A stretch of 48,029 nt of DNA. Origin: Candidatus Krumholzibacteriales bacterium. GTDB lineage: Bacteria; Krumholzibacteriota; Krumholzibacteriia; Krumholzibacteriales; WJIX01. Location: NCBI GenBank assembly GCA_046483305.1, contig JAWODM010000070.1, positions 1 through 48,029 on the forward strand, written 5' to 3'. The first letter of the stretch is position 1. Each line of letters begins with the position of its first letter. The translations under genes were made by a program, and so were the position numbers. The notes under the pieces were generated by a model, which did no database searches, was not told the origin of the DNA, and saw only the letters and a list, made by a program, of their open reading frames with translations. This document shows, piece by piece, positions 21,455-30,897 of the stretch.

Positions 21455-22048
21455 TTGACCAGGGATTCCATGGATATGAAACATGTCCTCACCACTTTTT
21501 CTTCACACCTCCAGCAGAGGTACCGCTCCCCTTCCGAGTTCAGCATGGAGATTGAAAAACTGCTGCGCTCGAAGAGAGAGAAGTATGACGATTACGGGTA
21601 CCGCGAATCGGTAGAGAGAAACCTTGTTTTTCTGTATTTTTTCCTGGAGGAGCTCAAGTCGCTTCTGGAGATTATGATCAGCAGAGTAAACGATGACAGT
21701 GAATTCATGAAAATAGATCCCGGGCTGACCATAATGGATATTGAAAAGCAGGTCAGAGAGGAAACCGGCAGAAAACACAGCGAGATCTTCGGCGAAAAGG
21801 GCAGCGGGGCGCTGCCCGGAATGAACGGCGGGGAGGAAGGTTCCTATATGAATAAGCTGGAATTCCATTACTCTTACCTGATGGCTGCCAGAAGCTTTAC
21901 CATTGATTTTATTAATATTCTTTACGCCGCTCAGCGCGAATACCGTATTGAGGGAGGCGATTTCGACCAGGCGTGGAATTACATAGATATGTCGGCCAAT
22001 TACTATATCGGCAACATCGCTGTGGGTGAATCCGAAGTCGACAAATAG
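21455..22048 (+). CDS. Hypothetical protein
   Basis: Helical acidic ORF; GGAGG at about 21442 supports an in-frame TTG start at 21455 rather than 21371. Confidence 0.6.
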   Translation: MTRDSMDMKHVLTTFSSHLQQRYRSPSEFSMEIEKLLRSKREKYDDYGYRESVERNLVFLYFFLEELKSLLEIMISRVNDDSEFMKIDPGLTIMDIEKQVREETGRKHSEIFGEKGSGALPGMNGGEEGSYMNKLEFHYSYLMAARSFTIDFINILYAAQREYRIEGGDFDQAWNYIDMSANYYIGNIAVGESEVDK

Positions 22049-22175
22049 CAGGGCCCGGCAGGAGGGCTGATTTATTTTCATCAAATGCTTGAAAAAGATT
22101 CTGAAATAAACTAATTTCTTGTATCTGGGCAGCAGAATTGAAAAACTATAACATAGATGAAGAGAGGCAGAGAAA

Positions 22176-22763
22176 ATGCAGAATATATTAACCAGCAGAA
22201 TGACAAAGAGCGGTTTGTATGATTTTTCATTACAGTCAGCTCTACGGATAGTCCTGTTTATAACCTTTACCGCGATATCCGGGCAGCTGGCCGTATATCT
22301 GCCCTATACACCCGTGCCGGTGACCATGCAGACTCTGTTCGTGGTTCTGGCCGGTATAGTGCTCGGCCCCCGGGACGGTTTCTGCGCCATGGCCGGTTAC
22401 GTGGCCCTGGGGCTTTCAGGCGCACCGGTTTTCGCCGGATTCGCTTTCGGCCCGGCGGTTCTTCTCGGTCCTACCGGCGGTTTTCTTATTGCCTTCCCCG
22501 CCGGCGCTCTGATAGCCGGGTGGATAAACTCCCAGATGAGAGAGGGGATTCTGAGCGCGGCGCTGTCAGCGGCAGCCGGGATATCGGTGATACTGGCGAT
22601 CGGTACAGCAAGCCTGGCTCTTATGGCGGGGATATCGATTAAGCAGTCGGCGTCTCTGGCTGTGCTGCCCTTCATTCCAGGCGAGGTTGTAAAGATAGCC
22701 ATGGCCGCGATTATTATCAGGCCCGGCTCTTCTTTTCGCCGAACAGGTATGTGGAAACAATAG
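22176..22763 (+). CDS. bioY: Biotin transporter BioY
   Basis: PVPVTMQTL.V.LAG..LG, GAPVFAG, GPTGGFL..F, LPFIPGEVVK. Confidence 0.93.
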   Translation: MQNILTSRMTKSGLYDFSLQSALRIVLFITFTAISGQLAVYLPYTPVPVTMQTLFVVLAGIVLGPRDGFCAMAGYVALGLSGAPVFAGFAFGPAVLLGPTGGFLIAFPAGALIAGWINSQMREGILSAALSAAAGISVILAIGTASLALMAGISIKQSASLAVLPFIPGEVVKIAMAAIIIRPGSSFRRTGMWKQ

Positions 22764-24177
22764 CGACCAGGCCTGCCACCACAAAGGTCATCACTCTTGC
22801 GGTAATTTTCTCATCCATTCCGCTGCTGATCCATATAATGGTGAACAGCATGCCGGTTACGATTGTGGAAATAGCCGCCCTGCCATGAAATCTCTTCCAG
22901 AAGAGAGTCGCCAGGATTACCACTGAGAAGGTGCTCCCGATACCCGCCCATACGTACCCCACTATGGTGTATATAAGGTTGGAAGGGGAGATATAAGCTA
23001 CCGCAAGCGCGATAACGGCCAGGATCGCAGTTATCCAGCGGCACAGGGATAATTCCCCGGAGCTCTTTTTCCCCCGGGATTCCATGTATGGTTTGACCAG
23101 GTTCTCTGAAAGTTCGGTGGATGACAGTATCAGCAGGGAATCCGCGGTGGATATCATAGCCGCGATCGCTCCGGTTATCAGTATGGAAGCTATGGCGGGA
23201 GGGAATATTCTGAGCATTACCGCCGGCATCACATACTCCGGGTCCTGCAGGCTTTCCGGGCCGAAGAAGCATATTCCCAGCCAGCCGATGGAGAGCGCTC
23301 CGATATATGCCAGAACGGTCCAGATAATGCCTATCCTGCATCCCTTCATTGCCTGGTCCCGGTTTTCTATAGCCATGAACCGCATGCACAGCTGGGGCTG
23401 GCCTCCCAGGTATCCGAAGAACCAGGAGAGCCCTCCCATGATTACCACTCCCGCGGCAAATCCTGAAACCGTCCCGGTGAGGGAGCTGTATTCCGGGCCG
23501 GCCCTGGAAAGCGCTGCCGGGATCGACCGGGCGAAAAGGTCCGGGCTGCCGCTTGCTATTATGCTTCCCACGATGGGGCCCACTACCAGAGCGGTTATCA
23601 TTACCACTGCCTGAACGGCGTCAGTGTAAACAACGCTTCTGAACCCGCCGTAAACCGTATAGGGGACTATTATCAGAGCTGTAAACAGCATCCCCAGCCG
23701 GGGGTCCAGGTTGAACATGGAATGGAGTGTTTTGCCGCCGCCCAGAAACTGCGCTCCCACGTAGAAGAAGAAAAAGAAGACAATGGTGATGCTGGCCACT
23801 ATCCTTATGGAGCCGGCGGAGCTGTGGTGCCTCTTGGCAATGTATTCTATGAAGGTGCTGACTTCATATTTTTCGGCTTCGTCCCTGAGCCGGTGTGATA
23901 TCGCTGCCCAGGCAGTGATTATCCCGGCCACGCATCCGATAGCTGTCCAGATACCGGTAAGCCCCGAAGCGTACGCAAATCCCGGCAGGCCCAGCAGAGC
24001 CCATGACGATTCGCCGGTCGCTCTTTCGGAAAGAGCCGCGATCGAGCCGGGAAGCTTCCTTCCAGCTATTGCATAGTCACACCCGGTTCTGACCTTCCGG
24101 CCCTGAATAATTCCCCAGAGAATAAGGAGGCTCAGATATGCTATCATTACTACCAGTAGTTGAGTCTGATGTTCCAT
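22717..24177 (-). CDS. putP: Sodium/proline symporter (SSS family)
   Basis: ALSERATGESSWALLGLPG, YGGFRSVVYTDAVQ, GYLGGQPQ..RFMA, AAMISTADS. Confidence 0.85.
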   Translation of the reverse strand: MEHQTQLLVVMIAYLSLLILWGIIQGRKVRTGCDYAIAGRKLPGSIAALSERATGESSWALLGLPGFAYASGLTGIWTAIGCVAGIITAWAAISHRLRDEAEKYEVSTFIEYIAKRHHSSAGSIRIVASITIVFFFFFYVGAQFLGGGKTLHSMFNLDPRLGMLFTALIIVPYTVYGGFRSVVYTDAVQAVVMITALVVGPIVGSIIASGSPDLFARSIPAALSRAGPEYSSLTGTVSGFAAGVVIMGGLSWFFGYLGGQPQLCMRFMAIENRDQAMKGCRIGIIWTVLAYIGALSIGWLGICFFGPESLQDPEYVMPAVMLRIFPPAIASILITGAIAAMISTADSLLILSSTELSENLVKPYMESRGKKSSGELSLCRWITAILAVIALAVAYISPSNLIYTIVGYVWAGIGSTFSVVILATLFWKRFHGRAAISTIVTGMLFTIIWISSGMDEKITARVMTFVVAGLVAIVSTYLFGEKKSRA

Positions 24178-24428
24178 TCCTTTTCCTTTCCGGGCTGTTG
24201 CATCTGGTTATAGAAAATGATGCTTTAATATCGAACAGGTGAATTTTACATATAATATATATTCTTCTCAAGTATTTGTATGGAATCGGCTGAGAGGCCG
24301 CTGCTTACCGGTGGCCCGGACTGCTTCCCCTCCGTTGATTATTATGGACAAAGATTCGGCGTTGTTATTAAATAGAATTAAAGAGACGTAACAATGAAAT
24401 AATTCTTGAATCCAGAGCGGCCCGGCAA

Positions 24429-26315
24429 ATGAAACTGAAGAGAGAACTGAATTCTATCGAAGTATTCTCCATAGCCGCCGGTTCGATGGTCAGTTCAGGC
24501 CTGTTCGTTCTTCCTGCGGTGGCTTTCCGGATCGCCGGCCCCGGAGTTATAATATCTTATTTCATTGCGGGACTGCTGGTTCTGCCCGCTCTTTTCTCAA
24601 ATCTGGAACTGGTCACCGCCATACCCAAGGCCGGAGGGGCTTATTTCTTTTCGGAGCGTATTCTGGGCACGCCGGCGGGGGTGGTGAACGGAGTAGCCAA
24701 CTGGTTTTCCATCAGTCTGAAGAGCGCCCTGGCCCTTGTCGGGATAGGCGTCTTTGCGTCTCTTATTTTTCCGGAAATCACCGAATTCCAGATGAAGCTG
24801 GTAGCAGGAGGCGCATGTATACTTTTCACTCTCCTGAACCTGCTGAGCCTCAAAATGTCAGGCAGGGTTCAGGTGGTTTTGGTTTTATTCCTGCTCTCCA
24901 TACTTGCCGGTTTCGTGTTGGTGGGGTACCGGGTAATGGATTTCGAGCTTTACAGGGGAATTACACCGATAAAGTGGGACAGGATCCTGGTGGCGGCGGG
25001 TATGATATTTATCTCTTATGGCGGCCTGACCAAGATAGCGAGCATCGCGGAAGAAGTAAAGAATCCTAAAAAGGTGCTGGTAAGGAGCATGTTCTCGGCG
25101 TTTTTCGTGGTTCAGGCATTGTACCTTCTGGTAATATTTATCATGATTGGAGTCCTCTCTCCGGGCAGGCTTGCAGTATCCATAACCCCTGTTACAGACG
25201 CAGTTATTCAATTTACGGATAATCCAATGGCATCAAGGGTGTTTCTGGTAATAACAGCACTGGGGGCTATCCTGGCCTTTATTACCACCGGCAATGCCGG
25301 GATAATGACCGCTTCCAGGGTCCCCATGTCCATGGCCAGGGACCAGCTGATACCGGGATTCTTTTCCAGGTCCGCGGGCAGGCGTAATACTCCTGTCTAT
25401 TCGATTATTTTTACTTCCCTGTTCATGTTGCTGGCCATATTCGCATTCAATATAGAAAAGCTCGCCAAGGTGGCATCCCTGTTCATGCTCGTTCTGTTCA
25501 TGATGCTTAATATCGCCCTGATAGTAATACGTTATTCAAAGATTTCGAATTATAAACCGACATTCAGAGCGCCCCTGTTTCCATTCATCCAGATAGCCGG
25601 TATTCTCTGCTACCTGCTGCTCATAGTCAGTATGGGCGCTTTTACCATACTGGTGGCCGTAATATTCGCAGCTGTTTCGCTTCTATGGTATTTTTTCTAT
25701 TCCAGGAAGAGGGCCCGGCGCAAATCAGCTTTTGTCAGCATGGTGGAAGAGGTAATCGCGCCCGAGTTCAGGGTCAATGACAGAGAGCTGGAGGCGGAGC
25801 TTCTGGACATCCTTATCGAGAGAGACGAGATTGTGCTTGACCGTTTCGACAGGATAATTCAGGAATCGCCGGTTATAGACCTGAACCGCCCGATGACCAG
25901 GGATGAGGTGTTCTCCGTGATTGCCGGGATTGTGTCAGAACGCTGGGGTATAGACAGGGAAAAACTTGAGGAGAAGTTCCGGATGAGGGAGGAAGGGGCC
26001 TCCACTCTGGTATATCCCGGAGTTGCCGTTCCGCATGCGATACCTCATGTGGTAGTGGAGGGTGAGCGCCTGTTCGAGATAGTCCTGGTCAGGAACCGGG
26101 CCGGCATAAAATGGAACAGTGAAGGCGAAACGGTTAAGACAGTTTTTGCGCTTATAGGTTCAGCAGATGAGAGAAACTTTCATCTCCGGGCCCTGATGTT
26201 CATAGCGCAGATACTTCAGGACCCCGATTTCCATGATGAATGGAGCAGGGCGAGAGATGAGAAAGAGCTTCGCTCGGTGATTCTGCTTGCCAAGAGAAGA
26301 AGAGATACGGGTTAG
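24429..26315 (+). CDS. APC-family amino acid permease fused to a C-terminal PTS EIIA domain
   Basis: LKREL, GSMVSSGLFVLP, IPKAGGAY, IAEEVKNP and SRVPMSMARD APC motifs; C-terminal REE..ST...GVAVPH. Confidence 0.88.
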   Translation: MKLKRELNSIEVFSIAAGSMVSSGLFVLPAVAFRIAGPGVIISYFIAGLLVLPALFSNLELVTAIPKAGGAYFFSERILGTPAGVVNGVANWFSISLKSALALVGIGVFASLIFPEITEFQMKLVAGGACILFTLLNLLSLKMSGRVQVVLVLFLLSILAGFVLVGYRVMDFELYRGITPIKWDRILVAAGMIFISYGGLTKIASIAEEVKNPKKVLVRSMFSAFFVVQALYLLVIFIMIGVLSPGRLAVSITPVTDAVIQFTDNPMASRVFLVITALGAILAFITTGNAGIMTASRVPMSMARDQLIPGFFSRSAGRRNTPVYSIIFTSLFMLLAIFAFNIEKLAKVASLFMLVLFMMLNIALIVIRYSKISNYKPTFRAPLFPFIQIAGILCYLLLIVSMGAFTILVAVIFAAVSLLWYFFYSRKRARRKSAFVSMVEEVIAPEFRVNDRELEAELLDILIERDEIVLDRFDRIIQESPVIDLNRPMTRDEVFSVIAGIVSERWGIDREKLEEKFRMREEGASTLVYPGVAVPHAIPHVVVEGERLFEIVLVRNRAGIKWNSEGETVKTVFALIGSADERNFHLRALMFIAQILQDPDFHDEWSRARDEKELRSVILLAKRRRDTG

Positions 26316-26435
26316 AGAGTCAGATCCGGCCGTTCTTAAAATTAATGCCTATCAGCAAAAATATATGATTGACAGTATGGCTTATTAACGGTAAGTATTA
26401 AAATGATGATATAAAACCTATTCGGGGGGATATAA

Positions 26436-27773
26436 ATGAGAAAACTGATTATTCCGGCCGTTATGCTATGCGCCCTTTTCGCTTACGCCAGTCTCAGTGG
26501 CGGTGAGGATGCCAGGGGAAGCCGGAACTACGATGATTACGAAAAACCCCAAACATGCGCGAGCTGCCATACAAGTATATACAGGCAGTGGCAGCAGTCC
26601 ATGATGTCACAGTCGTTTACCCATCACTGGGATGAGATAGAGTATTTTGACCTGGCGGTCGAGCATGCCAGTAAGGATCCCTCATTCAAGGATGCGGTGG
26701 ACGGTTGTAACGGCTGTCATACCCCGCTTGCCTATCTTGCCGGGGACGTGCCCCCGCCCAGGCCGTCAGAGGGCTCCAGGGCGAATGAGGGGGTCAGCTG
26801 CGACTTCTGCCATACCATAACCGGAGTGGAAGGGGATCCCCCGGTAAACTTCAGCTGGGTCTCCGAACCGGGAAGAACAAAGTACGGCAGCAAACCGGGG
26901 CTGGAGTCGCCGCATCACATTACCAGATACAATGAGCTTTTTACCAGGACCGAGCTTTGCGGAAGCTGCCATAACGAAAAGAACCCTTTCGGTATATGGG
27001 TAAAGTCCACTCAGATTGAATGGCAGGAGGGGCCTTATTCCGGCGAAGGCGTCAAGTGCTTCGATTGCCACATGCCCAAGGCGAAAGGGCGAAGCGCCAA
27101 GATGTCTGAGGAGGGAATGATAGCGCAGCATGTATTCCTGGGGGCGCACAAGCCCGCTAAGCTCAATGGAGCGATCGAGATATCGATGCACGCTCTGGAA
27201 CCGGAGATTCCCTACGACGGGACCGCTGTTATAAAAGTCGAACTCTTCAATGCCAAAGCTGGACATAAAATCCCCACCGGTTCGGTGGAGGACCGGATAC
27301 TGTGGCTGGAGGTTACCGCTGAAGACCAGGATGGTAAGAAATATAACATCCCTGTAGAACTGAAGGGTTTCGAGGGGGAAGAATTTACAGTCGGAACGGA
27401 CCAGCTGGCCTATGTAGATATGGGTGTGCCGCTGGACCGGCCTGATTTCAAGGGGGTTCCCCGCGAAGATGTCCCGGAAGGTTCCAGGATATTCAGGATG
27501 CCCTATTTCGACAAGGACGGGGTAATGACCATTATGCAGTGGAATACCAGGAAGCTGGGAGTGGATTACCGGATAGGCCCCCGGGAGACCATAATCGAAA
27601 CATATTCCTGGACCATGCCGGATGATATCGCGTTCGGCAAGGTAAGGATAACCGCCACCTTGAACTACCGGAAGCTGGTGAAGCCGGTGGCGGAACTTCT
27701 CGGCGTACCTGCCGAAGAGAGCGAGATTGATTTGATAAATCAGACATCTACCGATATTCTTGTTTATGATTAA
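26436..27773 (+). CDS. Periplasmic multiheme cytochrome c (5 CxxCH, c554/c552-like)
   Basis: Signal peptide; CASCH, CNGCH, CDFCH, CGSCH, CFDCH; GHKIPTG motif in the C-terminal domain. Confidence 0.9.
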   Translation: MRKLIIPAVMLCALFAYASLSGGEDARGSRNYDDYEKPQTCASCHTSIYRQWQQSMMSQSFTHHWDEIEYFDLAVEHASKDPSFKDAVDGCNGCHTPLAYLAGDVPPPRPSEGSRANEGVSCDFCHTITGVEGDPPVNFSWVSEPGRTKYGSKPGLESPHHITRYNELFTRTELCGSCHNEKNPFGIWVKSTQIEWQEGPYSGEGVKCFDCHMPKAKGRSAKMSEEGMIAQHVFLGAHKPAKLNGAIEISMHALEPEIPYDGTAVIKVELFNAKAGHKIPTGSVEDRILWLEVTAEDQDGKKYNIPVELKGFEGEEFTVGTDQLAYVDMGVPLDRPDFKGVPREDVPEGSRIFRMPYFDKDGVMTIMQWNTRKLGVDYRIGPRETIIETYSWTMPDDIAFGKVRITATLNYRKLVKPVAELLGVPAEESEIDLINQTSTDILVYD

Positions 27774-27794
27774 AAAGAAAAAGGAGGAGCCGGT

Positions 27795-28985
27795 TTGAAG
27801 AAACAAATGCTGTTCTGCCTGATTATTTTTGCGCTTATTATAAGTATTTTATGGAGTGAAAGAGCTGAACCCATCCCCGCATTCGCAAGAAGGTACAAGA
27901 TATCATGCAACACCTGCCATCAGCCCTTTCCCCGGCTGAAGGACTACGGCAACGAGTTCGCGGGAGACGGTTTTGTTATACCGGAGGAGGAGAAGGCGAG
28001 AGATTATGTTTCCGCGGGAGATGAATATCTCTGGCTGAACCGCGATTTTCCGCTGGCAATGAGGTTCGAGGTTTTCTCAATGATAGATCCGGATGATGAT
28101 ATAACCAATGATATCCAGGCTCCCTATGGGGTAAAACTTCTTTCCGGAGGCCCTCTGTTCAGGAATGTGAGTTACTATTTTTATATGTTTCTCTCGGAGA
28201 GGGGAGAGGTGGCCGGCATCGAAGATGCCTATCTGCATTTTGATGATATATTCGGGAGCGGCGTTGATATCATGGCGGGTCAATTTCAGACATCGGATCC
28301 CCTGATGAAGCGTGAACTCAGGCTCACCTTCGAGGATTACCAGCTTTACAGGAGTAAAATAGGGCTTTCCCAGACCAACCTGACCTATGACCGTGGCGTT
28401 ATGGTGACCTACGGTATAGAGAAAACCGGTACCGACCTGGTCGCCATGGTGGTTAACGGGAACGGTATCCCGGAAGCGGGCGAAAACCGGTTATTCGACA
28501 GCGACAGGTATAAGAATGCCGGATTCAGGGTAAGCCAGGGGATCGGAGAATACCTCAGTGTGGGAGGATTTTACTATCTGGGAAGGGAAAATGGAGGCTG
28601 CTCGGATTCGACTACCTGCCGGGACAACGAAATTACATATTACGGGCCCGATATCGGAGTCACCATAGACCGGTTCTCTCTGACAGGCCAGTATCTCATC
28701 CGGGAAGATACCAACCCCGGCTTCGTCGAGTCAGCCGGTGATAAGGTAAACACGGAAGGGTTAGTGGCTGAACTGATATTCGCTCCTTATTACGATCGGT
28801 CCAGGACCTATCTCACCCTGCTTTATAACTGGGTTGACAGCGATCTGGACGCCTACGACTACGAAACGGTGAGCTTCAGCGGCACCTATCTGCTGGCGAG
28901 GAACCTGAGACTTCTGGGAGAGTACACCCGGTTCGTGGAGGAGGAAGAGGACCGGATAGTGCTGGGGGTTATATCGGCGTTTTAG
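27795..28985 (+). CDS. Cyc2-like monoheme cytochrome c / beta-barrel porin fusion
   Basis: Signal peptide, then IPAFARRY-KIS-CNTCH-QPF-PRL..YG..F; alternating beta-strand pattern; terminal Phe. Confidence 0.75.
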   Translation: MKKQMLFCLIIFALIISILWSERAEPIPAFARRYKISCNTCHQPFPRLKDYGNEFAGDGFVIPEEEKARDYVSAGDEYLWLNRDFPLAMRFEVFSMIDPDDDITNDIQAPYGVKLLSGGPLFRNVSYYFYMFLSERGEVAGIEDAYLHFDDIFGSGVDIMAGQFQTSDPLMKRELRLTFEDYQLYRSKIGLSQTNLTYDRGVMVTYGIEKTGTDLVAMVVNGNGIPEAGENRLFDSDRYKNAGFRVSQGIGEYLSVGGFYYLGRENGGCSDSTTCRDNEITYYGPDIGVTIDRFSLTGQYLIREDTNPGFVESAGDKVNTEGLVAELIFAPYYDRSRTYLTLLYNWVDSDLDAYDYETVSFSGTYLLARNLRLLGEYTRFVEEEEDRIVLGVISAF

Positions 28986-29032
28986 TTGTATAGAGATCAA
29001 AGACGGGGGGAAGCATACCAGTCTTAAGGAGA

Positions 29033-29151
29033 GTGTTCAAAGGGGCGTGAATCTGAACACCAGGTTACCCGGGTGAGTAATGTATTCTATTTCAGTCACT
29101 TAAAGCCGCCTGGCAGTTGATGCCAGTGTGTGAACCTGTTTTCTGTGAACA
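29033..29151. promoter_or_regulatory. Putative enhancer (UAS) cluster TGTTCA/TGAACA with IHF-like site
   Basis: GTGTTCA (29033) N14 TGAACAC (29054); TGAACC (29131); TGAACA (29146); IHF-like TTTCAGTCACTTA at 29090. Confidence 0.45.
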
Positions 29152-29317
29152 GCCCGGTTTCTCATAATCCAGGCCATTCTGTTAAATATCTTAGTGTTTA
29201 TCCCGCCTCATTTAAAAATTTCCTGAAATATAATTGTCCATTTTACAAACAGTTGGAGAATTATTTCCCGCGTCTATGATTATCCGCGGAGTCTCTGTAG
29301 AGGAGAAAGGTTTTCCC

Positions 29318-29332
29318 TGGCACGGTATGTGC
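29318..29332 (+). promoter_or_regulatory. sigma54 (-24/-12) promoter
   Basis: TGGCACGGTATGTGC: GG-N10-GC with a consensus TGGCACG -24 box. Confidence 0.75.
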
Positions 29333-29459
29333 CATTTACTGGGGTGTAAGCGGCGAATATTCGATCAGGGGAGCTTCGAAAACCTGCCGGCAGGCTGAAG
29401 CTTTTCGCTTCGCTTAAATCTTGAACTTTTAAATCGCTGATTAAGCTGAAGGAGGAATC

Positions 29460-30350
29460 ATGTTTAACAGCATTGCAGAGAAAGTATACATGGGATTGGC
29501 TGTGGCCGTAATAGCAGCTGCCGTGGTTATGACTGCCGTAGGATGCGGAGAGAGGAGCACGACAGCAACCGAACCCGCAGCCGGCCCTGAGAATATTGAG
29601 AGCCATGAAGCCAGCGCCGGGGAGCTGCACAATATGATCATAAAGGAATACCTTGCGGCTGTTCTTGAGAACGGGCGGCTGGAAGAGACCGGAGGCAGGA
29701 TTCCGTGGGAGGAGGCAAAGAAGCTGTTCCTGCACGCCGGCAACAGGGTCCTGCGCGAACAGGGCGCGGATTTCAGGATAACCGAAGAGATCCTGGAGGA
29801 GAGAATGCACCAGCTGGCCGAACTGAAAAGGAAGGGTATAATCGATGTGTTCTACCCGGAGAGGAATAACGATCTGCCCGCGGTATTGGCGGAGATGGCC
29901 AGAAACAACATAATCCCGCCGGGGAGGGCTGAAAGGGTTGCCGGCTTCTGGAACAGGAATATCGACGCTATTGACGCGGAGAGTAGAGACTTTCAGTCTG
30001 TGTTTGCCCTTGAGATTGAGGATGCCAGTGTGTTAAGTGTAATAGAGCATTCCAACAATTTCTGGACCAGGGTTACCGAAGAGGATTTGGTGGCAAAGGA
30101 AGACGATGAAGAATCCGATGACAGCTTCTGGGATAATATTCATGACTGGTGGCTCAGAAACCGCAAGGACATCAGGAGGATTACCATTGCTTCATGCGAT
30201 GCGGGAGGCGCTGCGGCGGGAGTGGGCCTGGGGCCTGCCGGTGTGGTTGCCGGCAGCATGCTGGCTTCCAGCGGAGCGGTGATCGCCTGGCCGCCCTATG
30301 ACAGCAGCAGCTGCCCCGAGGGAGGTGAATTGAATTGGCAAGAGGAGTAA
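29460..30350 (+). CDS. Lipoprotein with C-terminal Gly/Ala-rich bacteriocin-like hydrophobic tail
   Basis: AAGGAGG RBS; lipobox AVGC; acidic linker, then DAGGAAAGVGLGPAGVVAGSMLASSGAVIA. Confidence 0.7.
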   Translation: MFNSIAEKVYMGLAVAVIAAAVVMTAVGCGERSTTATEPAAGPENIESHEASAGELHNMIIKEYLAAVLENGRLEETGGRIPWEEAKKLFLHAGNRVLREQGADFRITEEILEERMHQLAELKRKGIIDVFYPERNNDLPAVLAEMARNNIIPPGRAERVAGFWNRNIDAIDAESRDFQSVFALEIEDASVLSVIEHSNNFWTRVTEEDLVAKEDDEESDDSFWDNIHDWWLRNRKDIRRITIASCDAGGAAAGVGLGPAGVVAGSMLASSGAVIAWPPYDSSSCPEGGELNWQEE

Positions 30351-30697
30351 GCAGATACGCCGGATTGATTGCGGTAGCGGCCGTTTTCATTGCCGCTGTC
30401 CTGCTGAGAGGGGAGAGTTTATCCGATCCGGCGGCCAGGAGAGAGCTGATATACTGTTCCATAGCGATAATCTCCGCGGTGATAATAAACTGGGGGATAG
30501 ACACGCTTACCGGACGAAGAATCAGAACTACGCTCAGCTATATCGGCTGGATACTGGTTTCACTGTCGATTGCGTTGAAATCAGCCGACCCCGTTCCCTT
30601 TTTCGATTTCAGCTCAGGGATCGGGCTGGCCGCAGTATTTACAGCAGGCGTAGTTATACTGCTCTGGGCATATCTGGGGAGGGCTCCGGATCGATGA
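30335..30697 (+). CDS. Small 4-TM membrane protein (candidate immunity protein)
   Basis: GGAGGTG RBS, TTG start overlapping the upstream gene by 16 bp; four hydrophobic segments in 120 aa. Confidence 0.65.
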   Translation: MARGVSRYAGLIAVAAVFIAAVLLRGESLSDPAARRELIYCSIAIISAVIINWGIDTLTGRRIRTTLSYIGWILVSLSIALKSADPVPFFDFSSGIGLAAVFTAGVVILLWAYLGRAPDR

Positions 30698-30727
30698 AGA
30701 GAGCGGTATAATCCGTTTTGCTCCCGG

Positions 30728-30780
30728 ATCAAGGGCTTTCAACCTGCATATTACCAGGCGGAAAGCCCTTGATTTATTAT
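30728..30780 (+). terminator. Terminator-like inverted repeat closing the two-gene operon
   Basis: ATCAAGGGCTTTC (30728-30740) / GAAAGCCCTTGAT (30761-30773) followed by TTATTAT. Confidence 0.65.
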
Positions 30781-30897
30781 AGTAGTCAGAAATGTCACGA
30801 AATGTTTATAATCATCAATGCTTGATAATTGAAATAATTCAGGATAAAATAATAGAGACCTCAAAATTGACTTATCAAATAGAACAGAGGGGAAGAT

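Noticed and set aside
26766..27806. 346 aa minus-strand ORF
   Set aside because: Almost entirely antisense to the multiheme cytochrome; no recognisable domain.
29280..29810. Minus-strand ORFs over the lipoprotein start
   Set aside because: They overlap the sigma54 promoter and an RBS- and lipobox-supported plus-strand gene.
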